From positions 8,564 to 72,563 of IMG/VR virus record IMGVR_UViG_3300020047_001061: 64,000 bases of DNA, one strand, 5' to 3'. How positions within the stretch are numbered: position 1 is the first letter of the stretch; every line of letters starts with the position of its first letter. The notes below the pieces were generated by a model. The model saw only the letters and a program-made list of their open reading frames with translations. It did no database searches and was not told the DNA's origin. Below, one piece after another: positions 51,202 to 59,709 of this stretch. The position numbers and the translations under genes were made by a program. This stretch comes from a virus (lineage: Duplodnaviria > Caudoviricetes).

Positions 51202-51644
51202 TTGCAGAACTTGCAGCAGCAAACGCTGCTTATGCGGTCATCAAAGCTGCACTAGCAAACGGCAAAGAGTTGTCAGCCCTTGGGTCCAAGGTTTTTGATT
51301 ACTTTGACAACAAGGCCAAGATTCAAGAGAGAGCCACACAAAAAGGTGGAGGCTCTGACCTTGAAGAATTCATGGCGCTGGAGCAGCTTAAACAGCAAGA
51401 GGAGCATCTGCGCGAGTCGATGGTCTACGCTGGTCGTGCTGGCATGTGGGAGGACTGGCAAAAGTTCCAAGCTGCTGCTGCAAAACGTAGGCGCGAGGTC
51501 AAAGAAGCCGAGGCGCGTAGAGTTGCTTCTCGCAAAAAGAGAGCCGAGCAGATGGTTGAGTACATCGCCATCAGCCTTGCTGGATTGATTCTGACGGCTC
51601 TGATTATTTATGGAATCGTGCTGTACGTCAGGTATCTGCGATGA
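51198..51644 (+). CDS. Hypothetical coiled-coil protein with C-terminal TM, copy B
   Basis: Homologue of 959-1405. Confidence 0.7.
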   Translation: MIAELAAANAAYAVIKAALANGKELSALGSKVFDYFDNKAKIQERATQKGGGSDLEEFMALEQLKQQEEHLRESMVYAGRAGMWEDWQKFQAAAAKRRREVKEAEARRVASRKKRAEQMVEYIAISLAGLILTALIIYGIVLYVRYLR

Positions 51645-52252
51645 GTGATGAAAAGCCCTCCTCCATCATCGACAAGGTGCTGACTTATGTGGACAGCCCC
51701 TTTAAGCTGTTTGCCGTCTTGCTGATGGGCGTGGTGGCCTTTGCTGGCTACTTCCTGTGGCAGAACCAAGACTTCATGCGAGATGCGTACAAAGAGTCAA
51801 AGAAGCTGCCAGAGATCAACACGGCGCGGACAGATGATGCTTCTGCCATGTTGTTCAAAAAGACTGGCGCTTCCGTGGTGGCTGTGTTTAAGGTCAACCC
51901 ATTGTTCGGCAGCAGGGTGCTTTACAAGGCATACACCAAAGAAGGTCGAGACAAGTCTGTTGAAGACATTGATGTTGGTTTGTTCAGCCAGAACTCAGCA
52001 AACAACGCCGACATCATTAAGCTGATGACCAACGACATCCCATGCTCAGAGTACCGCTACGCACAATCAGAAGTTGGCTTGTGGTATCTGGACAAAGGCG
52101 TGACGTTTACTTGCCGGGTAAGTGTCCCTCCAGACTCACATCGTTTTGTTGGACAGATCACTGTGGGATGGTCGGAGCCACCACAGAACATTGAGCAAGT
52201 GAAATTCATGCTGGAGATTGCCAGCGCCATGTTAACCAAGAGAGGAAATTAA
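51641..52252 (+). CDS. Lysis-region TM protein (T4 holin T-like?), copy B
   Basis: Homologue of 345-962. Confidence 0.6.
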   Translation: MSDEKPSSIIDKVLTYVDSPFKLFAVLLMGVVAFAGYFLWQNQDFMRDAYKESKKLPEINTARTDDASAMLFKKTGASVVAVFKVNPLFGSRVLYKAYTKEGRDKSVEDIDVGLFSQNSANNADIIKLMTNDIPCSEYRYAQSEVGLWYLDKGVTFTCRVSVPPDSHRFVGQITVGWSEPPQNIEQVKFMLEIASAMLTKRGN

Positions 52253-52716
52253 TGAACCTAAGTGACTTGAACCCACTTGCTGCTATTGGCGGCAAACTGA
52301 TTGATCGTTTTTTGCCTGACCCTGTTGCTGCTGAGAAAGCAAAACAAGAGTTGGCGCAGATGCAAGAGAACGGCGAGTTGGCTCGGATGGCAAACGAAAC
52401 CAAACTGGTTGAGCTAACCAATGCCAACACCGACAGCGCCCGAGACATGAACGCCAAGATTCAGGAATCTGATAGCGCATCTTGGCTGGCAAAGAATACC
52501 GCCTATGCGCTTGATGTTGGAATTGTTGCGGCTACCATTTTCTTGGCATGGTTTGCGTTCATCAAAGGTGTACCACAGCAGAACAAAGAACTGGTGTACA
52601 TGGCGCTCGGGTCACTGATTACTATGTCTGGAACTGTTTTAAACTTTCATCGTGGAAGCTCTCAAGGCTCCAAAGACAAAGGCAGCGAAATCCAAAAACT
52701 CAAGGATGTGAAATGA
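52252..52716 (+). CDS. Holin-like membrane protein, copy B
   Basis: Two C-terminal hydrophobic segments; directly precedes endolysin. Confidence 0.65.
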   Translation: MNLSDLNPLAAIGGKLIDRFLPDPVAAEKAKQELAQMQENGELARMANETKLVELTNANTDSARDMNAKIQESDSASWLAKNTAYALDVGIVAATIFLAWFAFIKGVPQQNKELVYMALGSLITMSGTVLNFHRGSSQGSKDKGSEIQKLKDVK

Positions 52717-53222
52717 AAGAGAACTTTGCTGAAGCACTGCAAAAAGTCTTGCACCATGAGGGCGGGTTTGTAAACCATCCGTCTGACCCCGGTGGCATGA
52801 CAAACCTTGGCTGCACAAAAGCAGTCTGGGAAGAGCATTGCGGTCATCCAGTTGACGAAAAAGCAATGAGGGCACTGACCCCGGCTGACGTTGCTCCGCT
52901 GTACAGGCGCAAGTATTGGGACAAGATCAAAGGCGATGAGTTGCCTACTGGCGTTGATTACGTTGTGTTTGATTGCGCCATCAACAGCGGCCCCGGACGC
53001 GCCGCCAAAATGTTGCAAGCATGTGTTGGTGTTGAGCCTGATGGCGGCATTGGCCCTAAGACTCTGGCGGCAGTGAATAGCTTTGACCCGAAACAACTAG
53101 TCGAGGACTACTCAAAGCGCCGTCTGTCTTTCATGATGGACTTGCCAGCTTGGGGTGTGTTTGGCAAGGGTTGGGGCCGCAGGGTTGCGGAAGTTCAAGC
53201 AACTGGCTTGGACATGGCTTGA
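52713..53222 (+). CDS. Endolysin, glycoside hydrolase family 108
   Basis: HEGGFVNHPSDPGGMTNLG signature; FDCAINSG; FGKGWGRR. Confidence 0.9.
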   Translation: MKENFAEALQKVLHHEGGFVNHPSDPGGMTNLGCTKAVWEEHCGHPVDEKAMRALTPADVAPLYRRKYWDKIKGDELPTGVDYVVFDCAINSGPGRAAKMLQACVGVEPDGGIGPKTLAAVNSFDPKQLVEDYSKRRLSFMMDLPAWGVFGKGWGRRVAEVQATGLDMA

Positions 53223-53512
53223 TCTTTGTACTCAAGTTCAAGCAACAACTCTAAGTAATGAATGGCCTTGCGGATGTCCGCAGCGCCATTCTTTTCTTTG
53301 TGTCGGGTGACGTATTTCACTACGTTGCCCTCACAAAACCCAAGATTGTTGGCATGGATGTAGATGATGGGCTGGATGCCCTTGTCCTTGTAGTGATTGC
53401 CAGATACTTGTTTGTCCAGAGCAGACGGCTTGAATTCTGACTGTTTAAATTCTGGACACAAGTTTCCGCCTCCACAAGAGCCAAATACTTGGCAAGCATC
53501 GCAAAGCATCAC
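53195..53512 (-). CDS. DUF3310-like phage protein
   Basis: QV.GNHYK...QP.....FCEGNVVKYVTR...KNG..DIRKA.HYL signature. Confidence 0.75.
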   Translation of the reverse strand: MMLCDACQVFGSCGGGNLCPEFKQSEFKPSALDKQVSGNHYKDKGIQPIIYIHANNLGFCEGNVVKYVTRHKEKNGAADIRKAIHYLELLLELEYKDQAMSKPVA

Positions 53513-53814
53513 GACTCCTTAACAAACACGCCGTTGGGCATCAGTGTGCCTTTACGGTCTTTGATTTCGGCATAGGCTTCTTCCATGCAACTTACAAGGT
53601 TGATGTCTTGCAAGGCGCAATAGTTGACCAAACAAACCATCACATCGCCAATGCCATCACGAATCTTTGACGGCTCTTTTTTGATGGTGGCATCAGCCAA
53701 CTCTCCAAGCTCAGACACAGCTTTGAGAAGCTGAGTTTCAGGGCTTGAGTTTGGAATGATCTTCCGCGCTTCAGCCCACCTAATAATTTGAAGTTCAACA
53801 TCTGCGTAACTCAT
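53509..53814 (-). CDS. MazG-like nucleotide pyrophosphohydrolase
   Basis: K..SELGEL.D.....D.IGD acidic motif. Confidence 0.8.
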   Translation of the reverse strand: MSYADVELQIIRWAEARKIIPNSSPETQLLKAVSELGELADATIKKEPSKIRDGIGDVMVCLVNYCALQDINLVSCMEEAYAEIKDRKGTLMPNGVFVKES

Positions 53815-54020
53815 GCTTGCTCCAATGGCAGTTCTTCTTGCTCTTGGCGAAGCGCAGACTCAATGGATGATCCTTTAGAGACAAGATCAATTAGTTGATC
53901 TTGCGTTGGAACGTCAACATTGATGACACCAGTTGCAACGTGGTTCAATGCTTGTGCGCGTGTGTTGGCACGGATGAGACGTGTTTCACGACCATAGCTG
54001 ACAATGTAAATTCGGGACAT
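53811..54020 (-). CDS. Hypothetical protein
   Basis: RLIRANTRAQALNHVA; RBS AGGAGA upstream. Confidence 0.65.
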   Translation of the reverse strand: MSRIYIVSYGRETRLIRANTRAQALNHVATGVINVDVPTQDQLIDLVSKGSSIESALRQEQEELPLEQA

Positions 54021-54036
54021 GTTTTCTCCTGTGGTT

Positions 54037-54111
54037 AAAAAAGGGTGGGCCTACTCGCTGCGTCCGTGTGGGTTCTTATGTTCCTGCCGCACAGCATCCG
54101 CTTTCGGCCCG
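54037..54111 (-). ncRNA. Candidate structured RNA / terminator-like element downstream of ssb
   Basis: GGGCC...GGCCC closing stem enclosing GAAA/GAGUA internal loop and inner stems, followed by U6. Confidence 0.4.
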
Positions 54112-54115
54112 AAAA

Positions 54116-54532
54116 TTAAAATGGAATGTCGTCTGCCATGTCATCAAATCCACCGCCATGCTGCGGGCTTGAATTTGATTGTGGTTGGCTTGGGTTTGAT
54201 GTTGATGGCTTGCCGCCAAGCATCTTCAGTTCTTGACATTGGATTGATGTCGCGTAATGGTCTTGACCATCTTTCTGATACTTGCGAGTCTTCAATTTGC
54301 CAGACACATACACAAGCGAACCCTTGTGCAAGTATTGACCAACAATTTCAGACAAGCGGCCAAACGTGCTGATGTTGTGCCACTCTGTATGTTCTTTTTG
54401 TTCTCCAGTTTGCTTGTCTTTCCATTTTTCAGTTGTTGCAATTGAGAAGTTTGCAACAGCTTCGCCGCTTGGCAGAAAGCGTGTTTCTGGATCGCGCCCC
54501 AGATGTCCAATGATTTGTACTTGATTGAGCAT
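54116..54532 (-). CDS. ssb: Single-stranded DNA-binding protein
   Basis: LNQVQIIGHLGRDPE, EWHNI, KGSLVYVSGKL, acidic DDIPF tail. Confidence 0.95.
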   Translation of the reverse strand: MLNQVQIIGHLGRDPETRFLPSGEAVANFSIATTEKWKDKQTGEQKEHTEWHNISTFGRLSEIVGQYLHKGSLVYVSGKLKTRKYQKDGQDHYATSIQCQELKMLGGKPSTSNPSQPQSNSSPQHGGGFDDMADDIPF

Positions 54533-54541
54533 TTTTACCTT

Positions 54542-55171
54542 TCAAAATGTATGTTGATGTGCGATTTCTTTTACCATTTGCTCATAGAAATCACATGCTG
54601 CTTCGACTTTGACTTTGATCTTGTTTTCCAAGGCCAAGTCCCTCTTGTATTGGACTCTGGTTACGCGCAGTTCTGGAGCAATGTGTTCTACAGAATGGAG
54701 CGCGTAATCTTCGTACCCAATTAGTTCATCTGGTGTGTTGACAAGGCAATAGTCAATTTCAAACTCATCCATGTCCCACAGCATCATGTAAGCCCGTCCT
54801 TGCCACTCGTAGGTTTTATCCTCGCCTTGACTTGCTAAAACGGGGAATGTCGCCAGTGACCACGATGATTTGATGTCGTGAATTTTGCCATTCCCAACAA
54901 CGTCACATTCGCCTGTGATCCATTGATTTGTTTTTCTTTCTGTGTTCTTTTTGTAGCTTGTAAAAAGAACTGAGTTCAAAAGCTCAATTGAACGATCTTC
55001 AACCTTAATGCCTTTGTCCATGTACTTGCTGCTGATGTTTTCATCGTAGCCATAGATGAATTGCTTTGCCATTTTTGTAATGGCAGTTTTTGCTCCAACA
55101 GACAAAATTTCATCTTTGCCTTTTGGGTCTGTCATTATTTCGGCCAATGACGATGCTCTAAATTTAACCAT
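54542..55171 (-). CDS. Lambda-exonuclease/YqaJ-like PD-(D/E)xK nuclease
   Basis: MVKFRASS start; GECD...IHDIKSSW; YEWQ..AYM. Confidence 0.75.
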   Translation of the reverse strand: MVKFRASSLAEIMTDPKGKDEILSVGAKTAITKMAKQFIYGYDENISSKYMDKGIKVEDRSIELLNSVLFTSYKKNTERKTNQWITGECDVVGNGKIHDIKSSWSLATFPVLASQGEDKTYEWQGRAYMMLWDMDEFEIDYCLVNTPDELIGYEDYALHSVEHIAPELRVTRVQYKRDLALENKIKVKVEAACDFYEQMVKEIAHQHTF

Positions 55172-55679
55172 TTGCCAAAGCCTCTTGAAGTTTTTTCTCT
55201 TGTTGTTCAGACAAAATAAACCGTTCATTGAGTTGAACCGTTGTGTACTCTCCAGCTTTAATCTTCACAATCGCGCCATCAAGACGGTCATCTGTAATTT
55301 GCTGCTTGACTGCAATCTTGCGCTTTTCTGGAGGGATGGCGCTGATGCGTAAGCCTTCAACAGTTTCCTTGCCAAATCTCACGGCAGGGTCAACATAAAC
55401 CGTGATTGCAACATTTGACCAATCGTCAATGAAGGACGAGCCAGTCAGCTGCTTCAGCATCTTGCTGTTGGTGCTGTTTAAGATCATTGGCTTAAGTTTT
55501 TCGCCATCACGAATTTCTCGTTCAGCAAAATATGCCGTGTTGAACAAGTCTTTGGTTTTCTTTGTTTTGTCTGGCTGGAGCCGAACCTCTTTGATGGTCA
55601 AAGTTGTTGGCTCAACAATGTCTGCCGCTGACAAATATGGAGAGTCAAAGGCTTTTCTAAAGTGTGTTTTTTCTGTCAT
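55164..55679 (-). CDS. Putative ssDNA-binding/annealing partner of exonuclease
   Basis: SPYLSAAD...MILNSTN pattern; adjacent to exonuclease and ssb. Confidence 0.5.
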   Translation of the reverse strand: MTEKTHFRKAFDSPYLSAADIVEPTTLTIKEVRLQPDKTKKTKDLFNTAYFAEREIRDGEKLKPMILNSTNSKMLKQLTGSSFIDDWSNVAITVYVDPAVRFGKETVEGLRISAIPPEKRKIAVKQQITDDRLDGAIVKIKAGEYTTVQLNERFILSEQQEKKLQEALANG

Positions 55680-55680
55680 G

Positions 55681-55833
55681 TCATCTAAACCAAAGGTACA
55701 TCCCGTGCAATATGCCGATGGGAAAAAGCAAAGCGCCTGCAATGAGAAAGCCCCAAAGACCTTCAGCAAAGCATGTAAAAACGTGTGTGAACCATGCGAA
55801 CACGCAGGCTAGGCCAATAACCAAGCCCATCAT
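55681..55833 (-). CDS. Small membrane protein
   Basis: 50 aa, two hydrophobic segments; ATGA overlap with upstream gene. Confidence 0.55.
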   Translation of the reverse strand: MMGLVIGLACVFAWFTHVFTCFAEGLWGFLIAGALLFPIGILHGMYLWFR

Positions 55834-55985
55834 TTCACCCGAGCAACTGGTTGTGCCAAGAGCCACTTGTCGCCAAGCTGGTGAACAGATCGCGCCCACT
55901 TCAGTTGGTATTTGCGAATGACATCAGGGGACGCATTGTATGTTTGAAACAGTTGCCGTGCGTGGCGTAAAAGTGTTGTGTTCAT
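55830..55985 (-). CDS. Hypothetical 51-aa protein
   Basis: MNTTLLRHARQLFQTY...; strong RBS AGGAG; below ORF-track cutoff. Confidence 0.65.
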   Translation of the reverse strand: MNTTLLRHARQLFQTYNASPDVIRKYQLKWARSVHQLGDKWLLAQPVARVK

Positions 55986-55998
55986 GTGAACTCCTATC

Positions 55999-56055
55999 TT
56001 GTTGAGCCTCCATCATATTGCTCAACAAATAAAAAAACATTAGGACAAACCCCAA
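55999..56055. promoter_or_regulatory. Divergent control region with 9-bp inverted repeat and TAGGACAAACCCCAA motif
   Basis: TTGTTGAGC-N12-GCTCAACAA (55999-56028); motif at 56041-56055; lies between divergent gene blocks. Confidence 0.55.
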
Positions 56056-56090
56056 TATACAAGCGGGTCTAAGATGATAACCTTGCCAGC

Positions 56091-56282
56091 ATGACTACAC
56101 CAGATCAACTTGAATACGACTCTGCATGGCATATACGAGATGCCGCAATGCTGGAGGCAGTAGACAACTGCAAAAACCCCGAGGATTGGGATGCCGCCGC
56201 TGTGGCAATCCTGACTCATGCAATTGAAATCATCACCCAAAAGAAAGTGGAAATATGCTACAAGAAAAACAGTTCTTTCTGA
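56091..56282 (+). CDS. Hypothetical protein
   Basis: First gene of rightward block. Confidence 0.55.
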   Translation: MTTPDQLEYDSAWHIRDAAMLEAVDNCKNPEDWDAAAVAILTHAIEIITQKKVEICYKKNSSF

Positions 56283-56665
56283 GTTGCCTGAAAGACGGCC
56301 CTATGTCTCAGAGAAAGCTATCGAGCAGGTTGTCAAACAGGTATGACACTTCTCCAGCAGCAGTCAAAGATGCGTTGCTTGCTGACGGCTTGATTGAGTT
56401 GTCGCACATCAAACGAGAGGGCGCAACACACAAGCTCAACCATTACTTCAAGTTGACTGGCAAAGAGTTGGTGATCCCAGAAAACGCTGGTGCAAACAAA
56501 GTCAAGCCACAGACATTTGTTTGGGAAGACGGAACGCCAAAGTCGCAAGGCAATGCTTTTGACTGGTCCAGCAAGAAATGCGGCCTGTTCACAAAGTCAG
56601 AACTTGCTCAGATGGCGCAGAAGTACAACAACAACAATCCCATCACCATTTACAGCCGAGCCTGA
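56255..56665 (+). CDS. Hypothetical protein, possible winged-helix domain
   Basis: FLSCLKDGPMSQRKLS...LLADGLIE...HYFKLTG. Confidence 0.55.
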   Translation: MLQEKQFFLSCLKDGPMSQRKLSSRLSNRYDTSPAAVKDALLADGLIELSHIKREGATHKLNHYFKLTGKELVIPENAGANKVKPQTFVWEDGTPKSQGNAFDWSSKKCGLFTKSELAQMAQKYNNNNPITIYSRA

Positions 56666-56678
56666 TTGGTGGTATAGT
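56649..56678 (+). promoter_or_regulatory. Sigma70-like promoter
   Basis: TTTACA-18 nt-TATAGT with TG extended -10. Confidence 0.5.
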
Positions 56679-56683
56679 TTTAT

Positions 56684-56745
56684 GAAACCCGGCTAGGCAG
56701 AGAGTAGCTACTCTGCCAAAAAGTGAACCTCCCACCTGCCGTGCG
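56684..56745 (+). ncRNA. Structured leader RNA upstream of replication gene
   Basis: CGGCTAGG...CTGCCG outer pairing, GGCAG-AG-AGT-agct-ACT-CTGCC hairpin and AAAAAG linker. Confidence 0.35.
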
Positions 56746-56776
56746 TTTCTTTCTGGAGGTTTGCGAGGATGCTTCA

Positions 56777-57550
56777 ATGCACTACTATCAATTCAACATT
56801 GGGGACTATGCGTCCCATACTCGTCACCTCGACTTGCTTGAGGACTTGGCGTATCGCAGACTACTTGACCTTTATTACCTGCATGAACGGCCACTAAGCA
56901 ATGATGCTTCTGTTGTTGCAAAGCAAATTGGTATGCGTGACCATGCTGCCCTTGTTCGTGATGTGCTTAATGAGTTCTTTGAGCATTCTCAAGAGGGTTA
57001 TGCCAGCAGTCGTGCTGACAAGGAAATAGCTCACTTTCACTCGAAAATCGAACAAGCGTCACGCGCAGGTAAAGCATCTGCTGAACGCCGGAACAACGCC
57101 CGTCCAACGGACGTTCAACCAAACAATAAACAAGAACCAATAACCAATAAACAAGAAACAAAGAAAGAGAAGGCAACTGTCGTTGCTGCGCCTGAAGGCG
57201 TATCACAGGATGTTTGGGATACCTTTGTCAAACAAAGGAAGACCGCCAGAGCTGTCATCACCCCTGTCGTCATCAAGTCCATAGCGGCTGAAGCAGAGAA
57301 GGCAGGCTGGACATTGGAGCAGGCTTTGGCAGAGTGCGCTGCTCGTGGTTGGCGTGGATTTAAAGCTGAGTGGGTGGCCCCCAAGCAGACCTTTGCCCAA
57401 CAAGCTGCTGACATTGCCCGAACGACAGTCCCTGCTCAACACACTGGACCTGACCCTGTGCTGCTTAAAATTCAGGCAGACCGTCAGAAGGCTGTTCCTA
57501 TGCCAGACAGCATCCGTCAACAAATCAGCCAAGTATTGAGGAAAGTATGA
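56777..57550 (+). CDS. Replication initiator-like protein (YdaU/DUF1376-type N-terminus)
   Basis: MHYYQFNIGDY..HT.HL...E..AYRRLLD.YY..ERPL; C-terminal RGWRGFKAEW. Confidence 0.8.
   Translation: MHYYQFNIGDYASHTRHLDLLEDLAYRRLLDLYYLHERPLSNDASVVAKQIGMRDHAALVRDVLNEFFEHSQEGYASSRADKEIAHFHSKIEQASRAGKASAERRNNARPTDVQPNNKQEPITNKQETKKEKATVVAAPEGVSQDVWDTFVKQRKTARAVITPVVIKSIAAEAEKAGWTLEQALAECAARGWRGFKAEWVAPKQTFAQQAADIARTTVPAQHTGPDPVLLKIQADRQKAVPMPDSIRQQISQVLRKV
57083..57165. other. Putative replication origin inside initiator gene
   Basis: AACG-rich repeats, palindrome CGTCC-aac-GGACG, and CAATAAACAAGAA repeated at 57124 and 57145 (21-bp spacing); lambda-O-like placement. Confidence 0.4.
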
Positions 57551-57735
57551 CGCGCACCTACGCCCTTAAACGCCTGCTTGAACACGGCGAACTGTCCAGC
57601 AAAGAGATTGAAGAGATCACCTGTTGGACAACAAAGCAAGTGTGGGCAACCATCCAGCGCCTGCAAAAAACAAAAATTCTGTGCAAGTACCCCAAGATGA
57701 AGTGGGGCTTGATTCAACTATGGCCCTACCCATGA
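57547..57735 (+). CDS. Small HTH-like protein
   Basis: LLEHGELSSKEIEEITCWT..QVWATIQRL. Confidence 0.6.
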   Translation: MTRTYALKRLLEHGELSSKEIEEITCWTTKQVWATIQRLQKTKILCKYPKMKWGLIQLWPYP

Positions 57736-57938
57736 CACGCAGACAGATTCAAGACGCTGGCGACAGGTACATGATTGAACTTGGTGAAGCACGGGTTCTG
57801 TACCGAACCTACCAATCAACAGGCCAAAAAGTTCTTACGCAAGTTCGGATGGAATGGCTGGAGCGAAGGTACGGCACAGGCGCTGTTGTACGTATTCGTG
57901 GCTACATGCAGAAACTACAAAGTGGGGAATTGGAATGA
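57732..57938 (+). CDS. Hypothetical protein
   Basis: ATGA-coupled to neighbours. Confidence 0.6.
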   Translation: MTRRQIQDAGDRYMIELGEARVLYRTYQSTGQKVLTQVRMEWLERRYGTGAVVRIRGYMQKLQSGELE

Positions 57939-58348
57939 CCTTTGAGGTAATTTACAGCGTAGAAGGTGATCCTGTTGGCAAACAAAGACCAAGGTTTTCC
58001 CGTGGTCGGACGTACACACCAAAGAAGACGGTTGACTATGAGAGGCTTATTGCCGCCAAAGCGCTGTCTGCAATGGCTCCAACATTGCCCGTAGAAACGC
58101 CTGTAGCGGTCTATATTTGGATCAACCATGCAATCCCCGCCAGTTACTCCAAAAAGCGCAAGGAAGCCTGTTTAAACCGTTTAGAGCATCCAAAGAAGCC
58201 TGACTTGGACAACACAGCCAAAGTCTTCTTGGACGCAATGAACGGCATTGTCTACAAGGATGACGTTCAGGTCGTGACGTTGCGCGTGATGAAGCGTTAC
58301 GACACGGTTGCAAGCGTCCATGTTTTGGTCAGGGAAGAACTGCCATGA
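57935..58348 (+). CDS. rusA: RusA-family Holliday junction resolvase
   Basis: GDPVGKQRPR; KPDLDN..K...DAMNGIVYKDDVQV. Confidence 0.9.
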   Translation: MTFEVIYSVEGDPVGKQRPRFSRGRTYTPKKTVDYERLIAAKALSAMAPTLPVETPVAVYIWINHAIPASYSKKRKEACLNRLEHPKKPDLDNTAKVFLDAMNGIVYKDDVQVVTLRVMKRYDTVASVHVLVREELP

Positions 58349-58668
58349 CACCTACTCTCAGATCAGATCAGCAAAACAAACTCATGCACAGCATCATTGC
58401 TCAAATTGCCAAGCAAGCCGAATTGCACGGCAGTCGTTGGAATGCTGAGAGCTTTAAGCGTTTTCTGATTGACCAATGGGCGCACGAAAGTGGCGAAATG
58501 AAAACGATCAGCAAGATCATGCCAAGCATTGATGGCGAACGAGTCGTTCAGCTTGGTCATCAAAGCAGGCGCTTCACCAAAGAGCAAGCTGTAAGTTTTA
58601 CTGAGTGGTTGATGTATTGGGCAACAAACAACGGGGTGACACTTGAAGAACGCAGAGAAGAAGCATAA
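58345..58668 (+). CDS. NinB-like recombination protein
   Basis: RS.QQN.LMH.II.QIAKQ; ends S.FT..Q...F.EWLM.W. Confidence 0.7.
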   Translation: MTPTLRSDQQNKLMHSIIAQIAKQAELHGSRWNAESFKRFLIDQWAHESGEMKTISKIMPSIDGERVVQLGHQSRRFTKEQAVSFTEWLMYWATNNGVTLEERREEA

Positions 58669-58927
58669 GCAAGCCGTAGCAAGCCTTGGCTGTGCTTTGT
58701 GCCATCACTTGTACGGCGACCATGACCCGGCTACTGTGGAACTCCATCATTTAAGAGCAGGCGGTTGGGGCAAAGGCGATTACATGACGCTAATCCCACT
58801 TTGTTTTGCCCACCATCGCGGAGATAAGGGTTTTCACGGGCTTGGCAGCAAAGGATTTGTTGAATACTATGACATCACTCAGCAAGAACTGCTTGAGTGG
58901 ACACTAAACAAGATAGGACAGAAATGA
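58643..58927 (+). CDS. Zn-binding HNH/Ref-like nuclease
   Basis: GCALC...ELHH...IPLCFAHH. Confidence 0.65.
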   Translation: MKNAEKKHKQAVASLGCALCHHLYGDHDPATVELHHLRAGGWGKGDYMTLIPLCFAHHRGDKGFHGLGSKGFVEYYDITQQELLEWTLNKIGQK

Positions 58928-59178
58928 ACTACAACGCAATTGCATCGGCTATGCAAGCCGAGATTAACAACCCTCAAAAGCTGTATATGCCCAACAGCCC
59001 CGGCGCATTTGTGCGGGACAGGCTGTTTAAAGACTGCCATTGGGAAGAAGCCGCATATTTTTGGTCGTGTTATTGCAGTCGGCAGTTTTTCAACCAAGAA
59101 ATGCAAGACCTGTACGTCAAGCTGGAAGCACTTGCCGCCAACGAATCAATGCCCGATTGGGGAACAAAAGGCACATGA
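58924..59178 (+). CDS. Hypothetical protein
   Basis: Coupled ORF in operon. Confidence 0.6.
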   Translation: MNYNAIASAMQAEINNPQKLYMPNSPGAFVRDRLFKDCHWEEAAYFWSCYCSRQFFNQEMQDLYVKLEALAANESMPDWGTKGT

Positions 59179-59318
59179 TGCAAAAGATTATTGACTTAAT
59201 CAAAAGCTGGTTCACCCCTGTGCCGCCAGCAGTTACTGACGAGCACTGTCCTTTTTGCCAAGGACTTGGCTATGACAGCAGCGGATGGACTTGTGTGTGT
59301 TTGAGGGAGAAGAAATGA
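59175..59318 (+). CDS. Small Zn-finger-like protein
   Basis: CPFCQGLG...CVC; ATGA overlaps. Confidence 0.5.
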   Translation: MMQKIIDLIKSWFTPVPPAVTDEHCPFCQGLGYDSSGWTCVCLREKK

Positions 59319-59548
59319 ACATCGTGATCTACAGTAAAAGCGGTTGCCCCAACTGCGTGACAGCCAAGCGGCTGCTGGACAGCAAGGGGATTGGGTATGA
59401 CGAAATGAATCTGGATGATATTGACAGGTTTATTGAATTTCAACTTTGCTACCCAGAAGCCAAACAAATGCCACAAATTTTCATTAACAAACAGCGTGTC
59501 GGCGGCTTGGCTGGACTGCAAGCAGCATTGACGGGGTTGGGGCTATGA
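59315..59548 (+). CDS. Glutaredoxin
   Basis: IYSKSGCPNC active site; MPQIFIN...VGG. Confidence 0.9.
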   Translation: MNIVIYSKSGCPNCVTAKRLLDSKGIGYDEMNLDDIDRFIEFQLCYPEAKQMPQIFINKQRVGGLAGLQAALTGLGL

Positions 59549-59709
59549 ACAAGATAGAAGCACTTGCCGCAATCAAACTGTTGTCGGCATTGGAATCGTG
59601 GGCATTCACCGTATCAAACAGCAAAGGCAGTCCAATCCCTGATTACCTGCATGACCACCTGCAAGAGTCAATGGATGTGCTGGAGCGCATATTGTTGGAG
59701 AAGCCATGA
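59545..59709 (+). CDS. Hypothetical 54-aa protein
   Basis: MNKIEALAAIKLLSALESW...; ATGA overlaps both sides. Confidence 0.55.
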   Translation: MNKIEALAAIKLLSALESWAFTVSNSKGSPIPDYLHDHLQESMDVLERILLEKP

